A stretch of 64,000 nt of DNA from Bacteroidaceae bacterium (GCA_017481745.1 JAFUOV010000012.1:28181-92180), one strand, 5' to 3'. Shown: positions 19,022 through 29,446, counted from the stretch's first letter. Translations and numbers: made by a program. Notes: a model not told the origin generated them from the sequence alone.

Positions 19022-20428
19022 TCAATGTGGCAAGGCTTTTTTGTTTGTGTCCTTTTGTTCGGTTTTATGTTCGGCGCAAGCGACAATAAAGAATATGAGT
19101 AGCCATATATTCCTCATACGAGGGGTTAAGGGTACCCAGTCGCTCATACCATGCACCATGAGATAGCACAATATACCTATGGCAAATATTGCACAAATAT
19201 GATATTCGACCGATGTCTCTCGGCGAAGTTGTTTCTTGATGTTCGCAAATTTGCGTATGATAAAGTATAATATAGGCATAAAGCCAATGAAGCCAAACTC
19301 TGTAAGGAATATCAAGAAGATGTTGTGCACAGGATTGCTGAACATAAACTCTTCGGGGTTCCATACCGTCTTGTCAAACATGGCAAATATGCTTGGGTTC
19401 ACATTGCTGCGTATATACTCGAGGTGGGCGTTGAAGCCTACACCAATGAAGGGGTGTTCTATAATAGCCTCGTATGCACAGTAGAAGTGCATCAAACGAG
19501 CAATGAACATTTCGTCGACGTTACTGCCTATAAAACTATCTTTGATGGGTGTGAGGAAGATAAGTGCGACGGCAAGTATAATGATGGGTATGATGCGATA
19601 GAATATGTTCTTCACTGTGAAGATTGAACCATTGCGGGTGTTGTAGATAAGATATACCATTGCTACGGCAAATATTGATGCCAATAGTGCCGAGCGCGAG
19701 AATGTGAAGATGAGTACAAATGTTGCAAGCAGGGCGCATACGATGCTCTTACGGCGTTGGTATCCGTAGAGAATACATGACCAGAAGAAGGCTAAAATGA
19801 GCGATACGTAACCACCTAACGCATTGGGGTGTGAGAATGTTCCCGGTGCTCCCGGGCGCTCTTCGGCTCGGATTGATACACCTTCGCGGAAGAGCAATGT
19901 TACCTCTTTGATGCCCAATATGGGGTAGCATAGAGTGAGTGCTGATTGTAGGATGATGGTGTATACAAAGCCTTCGTATATACCGCGCATTATGACTTCG
20001 ATGCTGACACTTGAGCACACAATGTATAGGAACACGATATATAGTAGGACTTGAAGTATTCCGACGATTGTCGAGCCTACGGCAAGATTGTTGGGGTTGA
20101 ATATGTTGACGGCGCAAAACAATGCTATCGCAAACACGACGTACCATGGTATAGGCAGGAAATTCCACTTTTTGCGTTGCGATAGTACGATAAAGAATAT
20201 AGGGGTTATAATCATAAATACCTCCAACCTCAGGTTCATACCCAATGCGCCGTCGATATATTGGTTGCCCAGACTGAAGTAGGAGAAACCAAAGTTGAAG
20301 CAATTGGTGAAAATGAAGAATGAGATAAATATTTCGCACCACTTGTCAAACGTAAGATTGTTGCTGTTGTGTACAATCTTTATGGCATATATGCATACCG
20401 CAAGTATAATACAAAGTATCGCTCCCAT
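19022..20428 (-). CDS. wzy: O-antigen/polysaccharide polymerase (Wzy-like, O-antigen ligase family)
   Basis: 468 aa with more than 10 predicted TM segments and a large loop (EERPGAPGTFSHPNALGGY) typical of the Wzy_C family. It lies next to the flippase gene. Confidence 0.65.
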   Translation of the reverse strand: MGAILCIILAVCIYAIKIVHNSNNLTFDKWCEIFISFFIFTNCFNFGFSYFSLGNQYIDGALGMNLRLEVFMIITPIFFIVLSQRKKWNFLPIPWYVVFAIALFCAVNIFNPNNLAVGSTIVGILQVLLYIVFLYIVCSSVSIEVIMRGIYEGFVYTIILQSALTLCYPILGIKEVTLLFREGVSIRAEERPGAPGTFSHPNALGGYVSLILAFFWSCILYGYQRRKSIVCALLATFVLIFTFSRSALLASIFAVAMVYLIYNTRNGSIFTVKNIFYRIIPIIILAVALIFLTPIKDSFIGSNVDEMFIARLMHFYCAYEAIIEHPFIGVGFNAHLEYIRSNVNPSIFAMFDKTVWNPEEFMFSNPVHNIFLIFLTEFGFIGFMPILYFIIRKFANIKKQLRRETSVEYHICAIFAIGILCYLMVHGMSDWVPLTPRMRNIWLLIFFIVACAEHKTEQKDTNKKALPH

Positions 20429-20431
20429 ATC

Positions 20432-21826
20432 TTACGTGGTTTTAGTTCCTAATATTCGTTTGGCGTATATCGCCAATGCAACCAAGCCACCGCACAGTAG
20501 TATGACAGAGATGTAGGTGGGTATGGGTAGGTATGCCAACAAACCTCCTATGGCAAGTATTGCCAATGATAGGAAGAAGAGCCTGTTGGGTACGATGTTA
20601 AAGCAGAAACGTGTGTCGAACAAGCGGTATATCATCAAGTAGGCGTATGAGATGATAAGCGAAACAGATACTCCCATCAATCCCCAACGTGATACTGTGA
20701 AATAGTACAATGCGATAGCCAATACAGCTGTCGATATGATAGATGGCAACCCGCGGTAGGTCTTACGTGAGCATTGGTACGCCAGGTCGAGAAACGAACC
20801 AATGGCATGGAATTGCACTGCAATGAAGAGCGGGAAGATGTAGATGTAGCTCTCTTGATAGGCTTCGGCTACAATGTATGGGTATATCAGGCGCAACCCT
20901 ATTGTGGCAAGGACTACGGTGATAGATAGTAGCAAGAAGTAGTTGTTGAAGATTTGCGAGAAAAATCGGTTGTGATCCTTTGAGTATATCTCCTTGATAG
21001 CTGTCTCTTGCCACGCTTGGTAGAAGATGCTTGCTGCTATCTGCAATACGTTTGAGAATTTGATGGCTACGGCAAAGATACCGTTGTATTCCAATCCCAA
21101 AAACTCCTCAATGAAAATCTTGCTGGAACTCTCTATCGCCCACCATGCAAGTACGTTGGGCAGTAGGGGAATAGTGTATTTCAGCAGGTCTTTTCCCACT
21201 TCGCTCTTGTACTCCTTGCGGTGTCTAATGCATAGCCCTATAATGTGCAAGCGGCACTCTATGATGATGCAGCTGATAACGCGGCTAATGAAGTTGGCAA
21301 GGAATATCGCCAATACACCCCATTTGAATACTACCAAAAAGATAACACTCAATAGCAGTATGAGCAGAGTGTTGATAATGCCTATTGTAACAAAAAACTT
21401 GGTGTGCCCCATGCCGCGCACTACTTGTATGATGACTTCGTAGTAGGCGTATGCGATAAGGGTTGCTACAAGAATGGGGTAGTAGTCGAGGTGCGACAGG
21501 TATACATACCCTATTACCGACAATAGGGCTATTATAACGCTGTTGCGGGTGAGGGTGCGTACGATGAAGGTGATGGTGTCCTTGGGGCTGAAGGGGCACT
21601 CTTTGTCGATGAGGTAGCGAAAGGCTCCGTCGCGCAAGTCGAATGTTATGAACGGAACCATGAGCATGATGATGGTTATCGACAAGTCGAAGTAGCCCAT
21701 GTCCTCTTTAGCCAAGAAGAATGTATATAATGGCATTAGTGCAAAGGCTATGAGCTTTGCACCAATGGTTCCTATTGCGTATATCGAGAAAGTATTGAGA
21801 AACTCTTTACCTCGATTCTTTGCCAT
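20432..21826 (-). CDS. wzx: Oligosaccharide flippase (MOP/Wzx family)
   Basis: 464 aa polytopic membrane protein whose N-terminus (NTFSIYAIGTIGAKLIAFALMPLYT) is typical of polysaccharide flippases. Its stop is 3 nt before the wzy start. Confidence 0.7.
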   Translation of the reverse strand: MAKNRGKEFLNTFSIYAIGTIGAKLIAFALMPLYTFFLAKEDMGYFDLSITIIMLMVPFITFDLRDGAFRYLIDKECPFSPKDTITFIVRTLTRNSVIIALLSVIGYVYLSHLDYYPILVATLIAYAYYEVIIQVVRGMGHTKFFVTIGIINTLLILLLSVIFLVVFKWGVLAIFLANFISRVISCIIIECRLHIIGLCIRHRKEYKSEVGKDLLKYTIPLLPNVLAWWAIESSSKIFIEEFLGLEYNGIFAVAIKFSNVLQIAASIFYQAWQETAIKEIYSKDHNRFFSQIFNNYFLLLSITVVLATIGLRLIYPYIVAEAYQESYIYIFPLFIAVQFHAIGSFLDLAYQCSRKTYRGLPSIISTAVLAIALYYFTVSRWGLMGVSVSLIISYAYLMIYRLFDTRFCFNIVPNRLFFLSLAILAIGGLLAYLPIPTYISVILLCGGLVALAIYAKRILGTKTT

Positions 21827-21862
21827 TATAATACAGTTTTTAGAAAGCGTTTATAGCAAGCT

Positions 21863-24187
21863 TTACTTTTTCTCGTTGTTTTGGTAGCCGTAGCCATAAC
21901 CTTGCTTGGCTGTTGTCGCGTTGATAACAAGCGATACGTTGCGCAAGCGTTCTTCGGCAACGAGCGAGTTGCAGTAGCGTATCAACTCGATGTTGGTATA
22001 GTTTGCACGGCATACATATACGACTGTGTCCGATACTCGCATGAGTGAGAATGTGTCTGATACCATTCCTACGGGAGCCGAGTCGATCATGATGTAGTCG
22101 TAGCGATTGCGCAATTCATCAAACAAGGTGTCCAATCGGTTGCTCAACAGCAACTCGGCAGGGTTGGGAGGAACAGGACCGGCAAGGATTACGTCCAATT
22201 GGTCGTTGACACCGCAAGGTACTATGATCTGGTCTACGGTAACATCTTCCGATGCCAAGTAGTTGGTGATACCCAATTGAGATTTTGTTCCGATATATTC
22301 TGCGAGTTTGGGGCTGCGGATGTCAAGACCCACAAGCACCACTTTCTTGTTGAGCAATGCAAATGATGCTGCGAGGTTGATACTTACAAAAGATTTACCT
22401 TCACCACTGACCGACGAGGTGAGCAATATAACCTTGTCGTTCTTGTTGGTGAGCAAGAATTGCAGGTTGGTGCGCAGCAGACGGAAGAGCTCCGATATTG
22501 AGCTGTTTTCGCCTTTGCGTACAACAACCGATTGCTTGCTTGTATTGGTGCAAACCTCGCCCAAGATGGGTATGCGGGTAATTTTTTCCAACTCTTCTCT
22601 TGTGCTGAACTTGGTGCGGAAGATGGCCTTGAGATAGAGGTATACCGAGGGGATAACAACACCAATAATGAAGCCAATGAATAGCAACATGAATGTCGAG
22701 AGGTTCGACGGCTCGCTGTAGTTGAAGGCGGGGTCTACTACTTGACCTTTGGGCGAAGCCATTGCCAATGTGATGGCATTCTCTTCTTGCTTTTGCAGCA
22801 GGAAGATGTATAACTCTTCTTTGATAGATTTCTGACGGTATAGAGCTATAAACTCGCGCTCTTGTTCGGGGATAGAGCCTAAGCGAGAGAGCATCCTGTC
22901 TTCTTGGGCGCGCAAGTCTTGCAGTGCAATGTCGGCACTTGCTTTAGCTGTCTTTACGGTAATGATAACGTTCTCGCGCGAAGCATCTATCTGATCTTCA
23001 ATCATCTTGAGCGCGGGGCTGCCGGGCTTGGCTGCGCCGAGCATGTTGAGGCGTTTCAGTGCAAGTTCGTTGTATGTGCCTACTGCCAATCCTGCTGCAT
23101 CGCTCATGTTGGGAGTGAAAGGTATGAGCGCAAAGCGATTGGTGGGGTTGTCAAAGAAGTCCGATACGTATTGCAACACTTTTACCTCTGTCTCTACCTC
23201 GATGAGTCTTGTGCGGAAAGTAACAGAACTTTCGAGTATTGCTTGGGCTTCGATTTGGATATCCGAGAGGTTGTGGTCGGTCTTGTATTTCTCAACTTCT
23301 CGCTCCGCGATGTCGAGCTCTGCTGCTATAATATCGAGGCGCTCGTTGATAAAGACTGCTGTGTTGCTGGCTTCGATGTTCTTCTCGACGATACCACGCT
23401 CGTTGTAAAGTGATGATATGGTGTTGAGCAACTCTTTACCATACTCTACATCGGGGGTTTCGAGTACGAGGCGTATAAGGTTTGACAACTTGCTGGGGAT
23501 GAAGATGTCAACGTTTCTACCCAAGTCTTCGGCAACGAGGTCATAACCGCTCACCTTGATGTTGTAGGCGTATTTCTCACCAGGAACGTAGTCGGGTGTT
23601 GTGTTGATAATGAAGTCGCCATAAATTGAGTTGACTGTTACGGGCAGAGTGGCATCTTTTATGTTGACAAGTTTCTTGAAAAAGCCTTTTTTCAAGGTTA
23701 TGTCGGCAAGACCATTTTCGTCAATTTTTACTTTGAAGTTGATGGTGCGTCCCAACGTGTCGCACACGTTGTTTACGTCGATAAGGTCTACTGCATAGCC
23801 TTTATATTCGGTGTGGCGTTGCAAGAAGCTCTCTCGGTAGATGTGCTTTTTGTTGAGTTGCATCTTTTCGGCAGTTTGGCGCAGCAAAGAGTGCGATGCG
23901 ATGATGTTTATTTCATCATCGACGCTGATGCCTTGTCCCATCATGCCCAGCCCCATTTGTTGCATGAAAGCACCGGCCATGTTGTTGGTGCTGCTCATGT
24001 CGGTGCGAATCATTACATTCGATTCGACAACATATTTGTCGGGGGTTATCTTGCTATATGTAAATGCCAATACAACGCATATAAATATTGATATGGCATA
24101 CAGATACCAATTCTTTAAGATGGTAGATGCTATAGAGGTGAGACTGATGTTCTCGTTATTCATGTTATTGTGCGATGAAGAATCCAT
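21863..24187 (-). CDS. wzc: Polysaccharide co-polymerase / tyrosine autokinase (Wzc-like)
   Basis: It has a Wzz-type N-terminal TM plus a coiled-coil periplasmic domain, a second TM, a Walker A motif (SSVSGEGKS) and a Tyr-rich tail (QGYGYGYQ). I chose the internal ATG (MDSSSHNN), which avoids overlap with wza. Confidence 0.85.
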   Translation of the reverse strand: MDSSSHNNMNNENISLTSIASTILKNWYLYAISIFICVVLAFTYSKITPDKYVVESNVMIRTDMSSTNNMAGAFMQQMGLGMMGQGISVDDEINIIASHSLLRQTAEKMQLNKKHIYRESFLQRHTEYKGYAVDLIDVNNVCDTLGRTINFKVKIDENGLADITLKKGFFKKLVNIKDATLPVTVNSIYGDFIINTTPDYVPGEKYAYNIKVSGYDLVAEDLGRNVDIFIPSKLSNLIRLVLETPDVEYGKELLNTISSLYNERGIVEKNIEASNTAVFINERLDIIAAELDIAEREVEKYKTDHNLSDIQIEAQAILESSVTFRTRLIEVETEVKVLQYVSDFFDNPTNRFALIPFTPNMSDAAGLAVGTYNELALKRLNMLGAAKPGSPALKMIEDQIDASRENVIITVKTAKASADIALQDLRAQEDRMLSRLGSIPEQEREFIALYRQKSIKEELYIFLLQKQEENAITLAMASPKGQVVDPAFNYSEPSNLSTFMLLFIGFIIGVVIPSVYLYLKAIFRTKFSTREELEKITRIPILGEVCTNTSKQSVVVRKGENSSISELFRLLRTNLQFLLTNKNDKVILLTSSVSGEGKSFVSINLAASFALLNKKVVLVGLDIRSPKLAEYIGTKSQLGITNYLASEDVTVDQIIVPCGVNDQLDVILAGPVPPNPAELLLSNRLDTLFDELRNRYDYIMIDSAPVGMVSDTFSLMRVSDTVVYVCRANYTNIELIRYCNSLVAEERLRNVSLVINATTAKQGYGYGYQNNEKK

Positions 24188-24221
24188 AGTTTGTAGTGGT
24201 AGTAAATGGTACCTGATATTA

Positions 24222-25031
24222 TTATTTGAGGAAAAGTGCAATACATAATGAAACAATTACCGAAGCAGCCGATGTGATGGCGCTTACGATAGATACGGTA
24301 TATTGTTTGTCTTGGCTATAGCTTGCGTAGCCTTGTCTTGCATCGTTGGGCTCTACATATATCACATCGTTGCGTTGCAAGTAGTAGTAAGGCGATGTGA
24401 AGATGTCGGGTTGTGAGAGGTCGATGCGGTTGAATGTACGCTCGCCGTTTATCTCGCGGATGAGCAGTACATTGGTGTGATTACCATAGATGGTCATATC
24501 GCTGGCTTTTCCAAGGGCATCGAGTATTGTCAGACGCTCGCTGGTGAGTTTGTATGAGCCGGGCTTTGACACCTCACCCAGTATGGTTATCTTGGCGTTG
24601 GTGCATTGCAATGTTACAATGGGGTCGTTGATGTAATGGCTTATTTTCTCTTTGAGAAGCTCGGTAGCCTCGGTGCGAGTAAGCCCGCCCAATTTTACCT
24701 TACCAATGACAGGATAGTCTATGTAGCCTTCGTTGTCGACAAGGAAGGTTTGCATAGTGGGGGTTGTTATAAGTTGAGTCTCGCCGGGAGCCAAGAAACT
24801 TTGGGTCGGGAGGTTGAATATTGCAACTGCGTTGGGGTCTAAAGCCGATACGGTGATAGACAACATATCGTCGGGTACGATGGGCGACTCATACTCTTTT
24901 ATCGAGTCGGGGATAACTTGTGTGATGTTACCCTCTTTTGCCAACTCGGGGAAGTATAACATCTCTTTAGAACTCTTGCACGATGAGAGTGCAAATGCCA
25001 AAATAGGGATAAGAAGTATATATTTTTTCAT
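24222..25031 (-). CDS. wza: Polysaccharide export outer-membrane lipoprotein (Wza-like, Poly_export + SLBB)
   Basis: 269 aa with a lipobox (FALSSC) and the DMLSITV...PTQSFLV...VDNEGYIDYPVIGKVKLGGLT pattern. Confidence 0.8.
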   Translation of the reverse strand: MKKYILLIPILAFALSSCKSSKEMLYFPELAKEGNITQVIPDSIKEYESPIVPDDMLSITVSALDPNAVAIFNLPTQSFLAPGETQLITTPTMQTFLVDNEGYIDYPVIGKVKLGGLTRTEATELLKEKISHYINDPIVTLQCTNAKITILGEVSKPGSYKLTSERLTILDALGKASDMTIYGNHTNVLLIREINGERTFNRIDLSQPDIFTSPYYYLQRNDVIYVEPNDARQGYASYSQDKQYTVSIVSAITSAASVIVSLCIALFLK

Positions 25032-25051
25032 TGGTGTTTTTTTTAGCGTGG

Positions 25052-25059
25052 CAAAGATA
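25052..25059 (-). promoter_or_regulatory. -7 box (reverse complement tatctttg) heading the polysaccharide locus
   Basis: caaagata lies 21 nt upstream of the wza ATG, inside an AT-rich 225-bp divergent intergenic region. Confidence 0.4.
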
Positions 25060-25256
25060 TTACTTTTTTCCGTACTAATTTTAATTTTAAACGAATTAAT
25101 ACCCCTTTTTATTATATAGTTGTGTAGTGTTTTTGTCGATATTTGCTTATTTTTTTTATATATGATTGATTAGTAGGTTGTTATATTGTTTGTTCGTTTC
25201 TATTTTATAGATTTTTAGCAAATGGGAAAATATAAGCTTCAGAGAGCTTTGTTTGC

Positions 25257-26513
25257 ATGCCTATGATGTGGCAAATTTCAAAACAAATGCTTATTTTTGC
25301 ACTGCTATTTTATCATATCAAAGCTATGTCTTTTTATTTCGATTTTAATTTCACTCCTATACAGATAGCGCTCTTGGCGTTGCTCTTTGCACTCTTTTGT
25401 ATCGAGCTTGTTTATCTCTATTTTATCTATCATCGAGTGGCTGTGTATGCTCGCAAGGCGATGCTTGGTAAGGTGCAGTATGCGAGTGAGTTGCCGTCGG
25501 TGTCGGTGGTTGTTATAGCGCGTGATGAAGAGGGTGAGCAGGTGTTGCAATTACTGCCGCATTTGGTGTCGCAAGAGTATCCCGATTATGAGGTGATTGT
25601 GGTGAATGACGGTACGAGCGAGGTGTTGCAAAATGCTATTTCACTATATGAATGTGATTATAAAAATGTCTATCAGACGTTTGTCCCCGATACGGTATAC
25701 AATGTGAGTCGCCGCAAGTTGGGTATAACGCTGGGTATAAAAGCTGCCAAGAACGATGTGGTGATACTTACCGATGCCAATTGCATGCCGCAGAGCAATC
25801 GCTGGATATACGCTATGGCGCGTAATTTTGTGCCCGGCGTGGATGTTGTGCTCGGGTATACCCGTATGGCATATAACGAGGGCGAAAAGCGAGGCTATTA
25901 TCAGGTTTTCGATCGCATGATTTTCGCTCTTCGATATCTGGCTTATGCAGTGATGAAACGTCCTTTTATGGGTGTGGGAAGCAATCTTGCGTATCGTCGT
26001 GATACGTTCTTTGCCAATAAGGGTTTCTCGGCAAGGCTCAATCTGCACTTTGGCGACGACGATTTGTTGGTCAATGAGATAGCGCGTAAGGGTAATACTC
26101 GCATTGAGATGTCAGCCGAGAGTATTGTCGAGAGCCATTATGCCGATAAATCGGAGGCATGGAATGAGATGCGAATGAAATATAACTTTACCTCCAAATA
26201 TTTGCATACATCGTCAAAGGGCGTTTTTGCTTTTGAGTCGGTGCTGCATATCTTGTTGTGGATTGTTTTTGCGGCTGCTGTTGTGCTCTCGTTACCCAAT
26301 ATGGTGGGCGTGGCTTTTGCACTGCTTATAATGTTGATATATTGGCTTCTTACGTGGCGAGTATATCTGTCGGCAGGGGCTTTGCTGGGAGAGCGTTGTG
26401 CAGTAGGTTTAGCTCCTTTGTTTCAGCTTGTACGACCTTGGTATGCGTTGTACTATGCTATTGTGGGTAGGAGCTGCAACAAAAGTAATTTTACATGGCA
26501 ATATTTGCGATGA
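25257..26513 (+). CDS. Membrane-anchored glycosyltransferase family 2
   Basis: 418 aa with the GT-A motifs VSVVVIARDE...YEVIVVNDGTSE...LTDANC and N- and C-terminal TM segments. The true start may be a downstream Met (MSFYF). Confidence 0.7.
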   Translation: MPMMWQISKQMLIFALLFYHIKAMSFYFDFNFTPIQIALLALLFALFCIELVYLYFIYHRVAVYARKAMLGKVQYASELPSVSVVVIARDEEGEQVLQLLPHLVSQEYPDYEVIVVNDGTSEVLQNAISLYECDYKNVYQTFVPDTVYNVSRRKLGITLGIKAAKNDVVILTDANCMPQSNRWIYAMARNFVPGVDVVLGYTRMAYNEGEKRGYYQVFDRMIFALRYLAYAVMKRPFMGVGSNLAYRRDTFFANKGFSARLNLHFGDDDLLVNEIARKGNTRIEMSAESIVESHYADKSEAWNEMRMKYNFTSKYLHTSSKGVFAFESVLHILLWIVFAAAVVLSLPNMVGVAFALLIMLIYWLLTWRVYLSAGALLGERCAVGLAPLFQLVRPWYALYYAIVGRSCNKSNFTWQYLR

Positions 26514-26556
26514 ATAAACGTTTGTCTTAGTATAAGATACACATAATACTGTGAAT

Positions 26557-27783
26557 ATGAAAAAAATACTTTTTGGGACAGTGGCACTCATGATGCTGCA
26601 AGCCTGCACAACATCGGACCTTGTGAAGGTAGAGGTTGAAAACACCTCCGATTGGGTGAGAATGAATGAAATGGTTGAACTCGACTATGCTGCGATTGTC
26701 GACAAGTTGCAACTCGCTGAAGATACGTCGATTGTAGTGCTTAACAATAGGGGTGAGCAAGTACCCTATCAAATTACTTTTGATAATAAGTTGATATTTC
26801 TGGTAGACGAGTTGGAGCCTTCGCACGCTCGAGCCTATCTTGTTAAACCCGGTGTGCCCGATACTTTCGATGTGTGCGCAACGGGCGATTATTATCCCGA
26901 GCGTGTCGATGATATCGCATGGGAAAATGGTTGTATCGCCTTCCGCGCTTATGGCCCGGCATTGCAAGAGAGTGGCGAACGCGCCTTTGGTTACGATGCG
27001 TGGGTAAAACGTGTTGGCTATCCTGTCGTTGCCGACCGCTATGCTGCCGAGCTCAATCCCGAGACGGTTGCCGAGATTGCTCGTTTGAAGAGTGTTGCTC
27101 CCGATTCGGCGGCTGCGTTGTATAACAGCGTTTCGTACCACGTCGATCATGGCAATGGTCTTGACTACTATAAGGTAGGTCCTACCTTGGGTGCCGGAGC
27201 TGCTGCCTTGTTGGATGCCGATGGCAACATTGTTTATCCCTACTGCTACAACGACTTTGAGATACTCGATAACGGTCCGTTGCGTTTTACGGTGAGCTTG
27301 CGTTATCGCCCCTTTGTATTGGGTAACGACACAGTTGTTGAGACTCGTGTTATTACGCTTGATGAGGGTAGCCAACTCAATCGTATTGATGTTACCTATC
27401 ATAACCTGAAGTCGCCCACAGGCATGGTGAGTGGTATAGTGCTACACGATGTTGATGGTGCTATGGAGTATGATGCAGCCTTGGGTTATGCCGCTTATGC
27501 CGAGCCTGCCGATAGCTTGAATGGACAGACCTTCTTGGGCATGGCCTATGGCGCTTCGGTGCAAAGAGCCGAGCCGGTCTATTTTGATGAAGCCGAGCGT
27601 GCTGCAAGAGGTGCCGAAGGTCATTTGCTCATGGAACGCATGTATGTCCCCGGTGAGACTATTACTTACTATGCCGGTGCAGGATGGAGTAAGTGGGGCT
27701 TTGAGTCGTCGCAAGATTGGTTTGTGTATATGAAATACTTTGCCGATAAATTGTCGACACCGCTGGTTGTTACAGTGAAGTAG
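26557..27783 (+). CDS. DUF4861 domain lipoprotein
   Basis: The ORF-track start at 26551 is GTG and the ATG is at 26557. It has a lipobox (MMLQAC) and the motif PERVDDIAWENGCIAFRAYGPAL...GYDAWVKR, which matches my memory of DUF4861. Confidence 0.6.
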   Translation: MKKILFGTVALMMLQACTTSDLVKVEVENTSDWVRMNEMVELDYAAIVDKLQLAEDTSIVVLNNRGEQVPYQITFDNKLIFLVDELEPSHARAYLVKPGVPDTFDVCATGDYYPERVDDIAWENGCIAFRAYGPALQESGERAFGYDAWVKRVGYPVVADRYAAELNPETVAEIARLKSVAPDSAAALYNSVSYHVDHGNGLDYYKVGPTLGAGAAALLDADGNIVYPYCYNDFEILDNGPLRFTVSLRYRPFVLGNDTVVETRVITLDEGSQLNRIDVTYHNLKSPTGMVSGIVLHDVDGAMEYDAALGYAAYAEPADSLNGQTFLGMAYGASVQRAEPVYFDEAERAARGAEGHLLMERMYVPGETITYYAGAGWSKWGFESSQDWFVYMKYFADKLSTPLVVTVK

Positions 27784-27844
27784 AATAGCATGAAATGTGG
27801 ACAGAATGGTTGGTTTTGTCCACGTTACCCTCAAAAGTATAAAC

Positions 27845-27877
27845 AAAAAAACAAGCCCTCCGAAGGCTTGTTTTTTT
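27845..27877. terminator. Bidirectional rho-independent terminator
   Basis: aaaaaaacaagcc-ctccgaa-ggcttgttttttt lies between convergent genes. Confidence 0.8.
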
Positions 27878-27939
27878 GTTTATATGTGTTTGTGTATGAT
27901 GTCTTGTTTAAAGTTGTAGAGATATCTTGACTGAGGTAT

Positions 27940-28224
27940 TTAGTCGCGGATGTTTATCTCTACTTTTCCGCTCGTCTTGTTTAAAATGTATATACAACCG
28001 CATAGGACAATGTATATATATTGAGGCTCTTCAACAATGGCGCAAATACGATTTATTTTTATCGTGTTGAGCGGTTTATATTCTTCGCCTATTGTGATAG
28101 CGTTATTTTCAATCTTGATATCGAATTGTTCGATATAAGGCGACAGCATTTCTTGTATCTGCTCTGAATTGTACTGAACGGGATGTTCCGCGTAGGTGTT
28201 GTATAAATTGGTAAAAGTTGCCAT
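27940..28224 (-). CDS. Hypothetical small protein (94 aa)
   Basis: It has an ATG start, AT-rich coding sequence and is bracketed by hairpins on both sides. I recognised no family. Confidence 0.35.
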   Translation of the reverse strand: MATFTNLYNTYAEHPVQYNSEQIQEMLSPYIEQFDIKIENNAITIGEEYKPLNTIKINRICAIVEEPQYIYIVLCGCIYILNKTSGKVEINIRD

Positions 28225-28239
28225 ACTTTTATAATTTAA

Positions 28240-28270
28240 ATAGGCTGTCCGAAAAAATCGGACAGCCTAT
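28240..28270 (-). terminator. Terminator-like hairpin after the decarboxylase operon
   Basis: ataggctgtccg-aaaaaat-cggacagcctat is a perfect 12-bp stem 15 nt after the stop at 28285. The trailing T-run is weak. Confidence 0.5.
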
Positions 28271-28284
28271 GGTGTGAAAATTTA

Positions 28285-29445
28285 TTACAATAAGAAACCA
28301 AGCAAGATACCGGCGGCAACAGCCGAGCCGATAACACCTGCTACGTTGGGACCCATGGCGTGCATCAACAAGTAGTTTGAGGGGTCGTATTCCAAACCTA
28401 CGTTTTGAGAGATACGAGCCGAGTCGGGTACTGCCGATACGCCTGCATTACCAATGAGGGGGTTGATTTTGTTATCTTTCTTCAAGAAGAGGTTGAAGAA
28501 CTTAACAAATAATACACCCGATGTGGTTGCGATGATAAATGACAAAGCTCCCAAACAGAAAATGAGGATTGAATCGACGGTAAGGAACTCAGAAGCTTGT
28601 GTAGATGCACCTACAGTAACACCAAGGAGGATTGTGATGGTGTCGATGAGCGGACCGCGAGCAGTCTCTGCCAAACGACGTGTAACGCCACTCTCTTTCA
28701 AGAGGTTACCGAAGAACAACATGCCCAACAAAGGAAGACCCGAGGGTACGAGGAAGCAAGTGAGCAACAAACCAACGATAGGGAACATCACTTTCTCGGT
28801 GTGCGATACAGCGCGAGGTGGTTTCATGCGGATAACGCGCTCTTTCTTGGTAGTGAGCAATCGCATGATAGGCGGTTGAATTACAGGTACAAGTGCCATG
28901 TAAGAGTATGCCGACACTGCGATAGCACCCATCAAGTTGGGAGCGAGTTTCGATGAAAGGAAGATCGCGGTAGGACCGTCAGCACCACCGATGATACCGA
29001 TAGCACCGGCTTGCATGGGGTCGAAACCGAGTGCAAGAGCGATGATGTATGCACCGAAGATACCAAATTGGGCAGCAGCACCGATGAGCATCAATTTGGG
29101 GTTAGAGATAAGAGCCGAGAAGTCGGTCATAGCACCAATACCCAAGAAGATGAGCGGGGGATACCAACCCGATGTTACACCTTGGTAGAAGATGTTGAGT
29201 ACCGAGCCTTGTTCGTAGATACCTACTTGCAAACCGGCATCCATGTTGAATGGAATATTACCGATGAGCATACCAAAGCCGATAGGAATCAAGAGCATAG
29301 GCTCAAATTCCTTTGCCACGGCGAGATATATGAAGAATATACCGATGGCTATCATGGCGAAGTGTTGCCATGTGGCGTTGTATATACCGGTATATGTCCA
29401 GAAGTCGCCGAGGTTTTGACCTATAAATGAAAGAAATTCACCCAT
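28285..29445 (-). CDS. mmdB: Na+-translocating decarboxylase beta subunit (methylmalonyl-CoA decarboxylase beta)
   Basis: 386-aa polytopic membrane protein with OadB/MmdB-type motifs (LLIPIGFGML..N, GAADGPT). Confidence 0.9.
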   Translation of the reverse strand: MGEFLSFIGQNLGDFWTYTGIYNATWQHFAMIAIGIFFIYLAVAKEFEPMLLIPIGFGMLIGNIPFNMDAGLQVGIYEQGSVLNIFYQGVTSGWYPPLIFLGIGAMTDFSALISNPKLMLIGAAAQFGIFGAYIIALALGFDPMQAGAIGIIGGADGPTAIFLSSKLAPNLMGAIAVSAYSYMALVPVIQPPIMRLLTTKKERVIRMKPPRAVSHTEKVMFPIVGLLLTCFLVPSGLPLLGMLFFGNLLKESGVTRRLAETARGPLIDTITILLGVTVGASTQASEFLTVDSILIFCLGALSFIIATTSGVLFVKFFNLFLKKDNKINPLIGNAGVSAVPDSARISQNVGLEYDPSNYLLMHAMGPNVAGVIGSAVAAGILLGFLL

Positions 29446-29446
29446 A

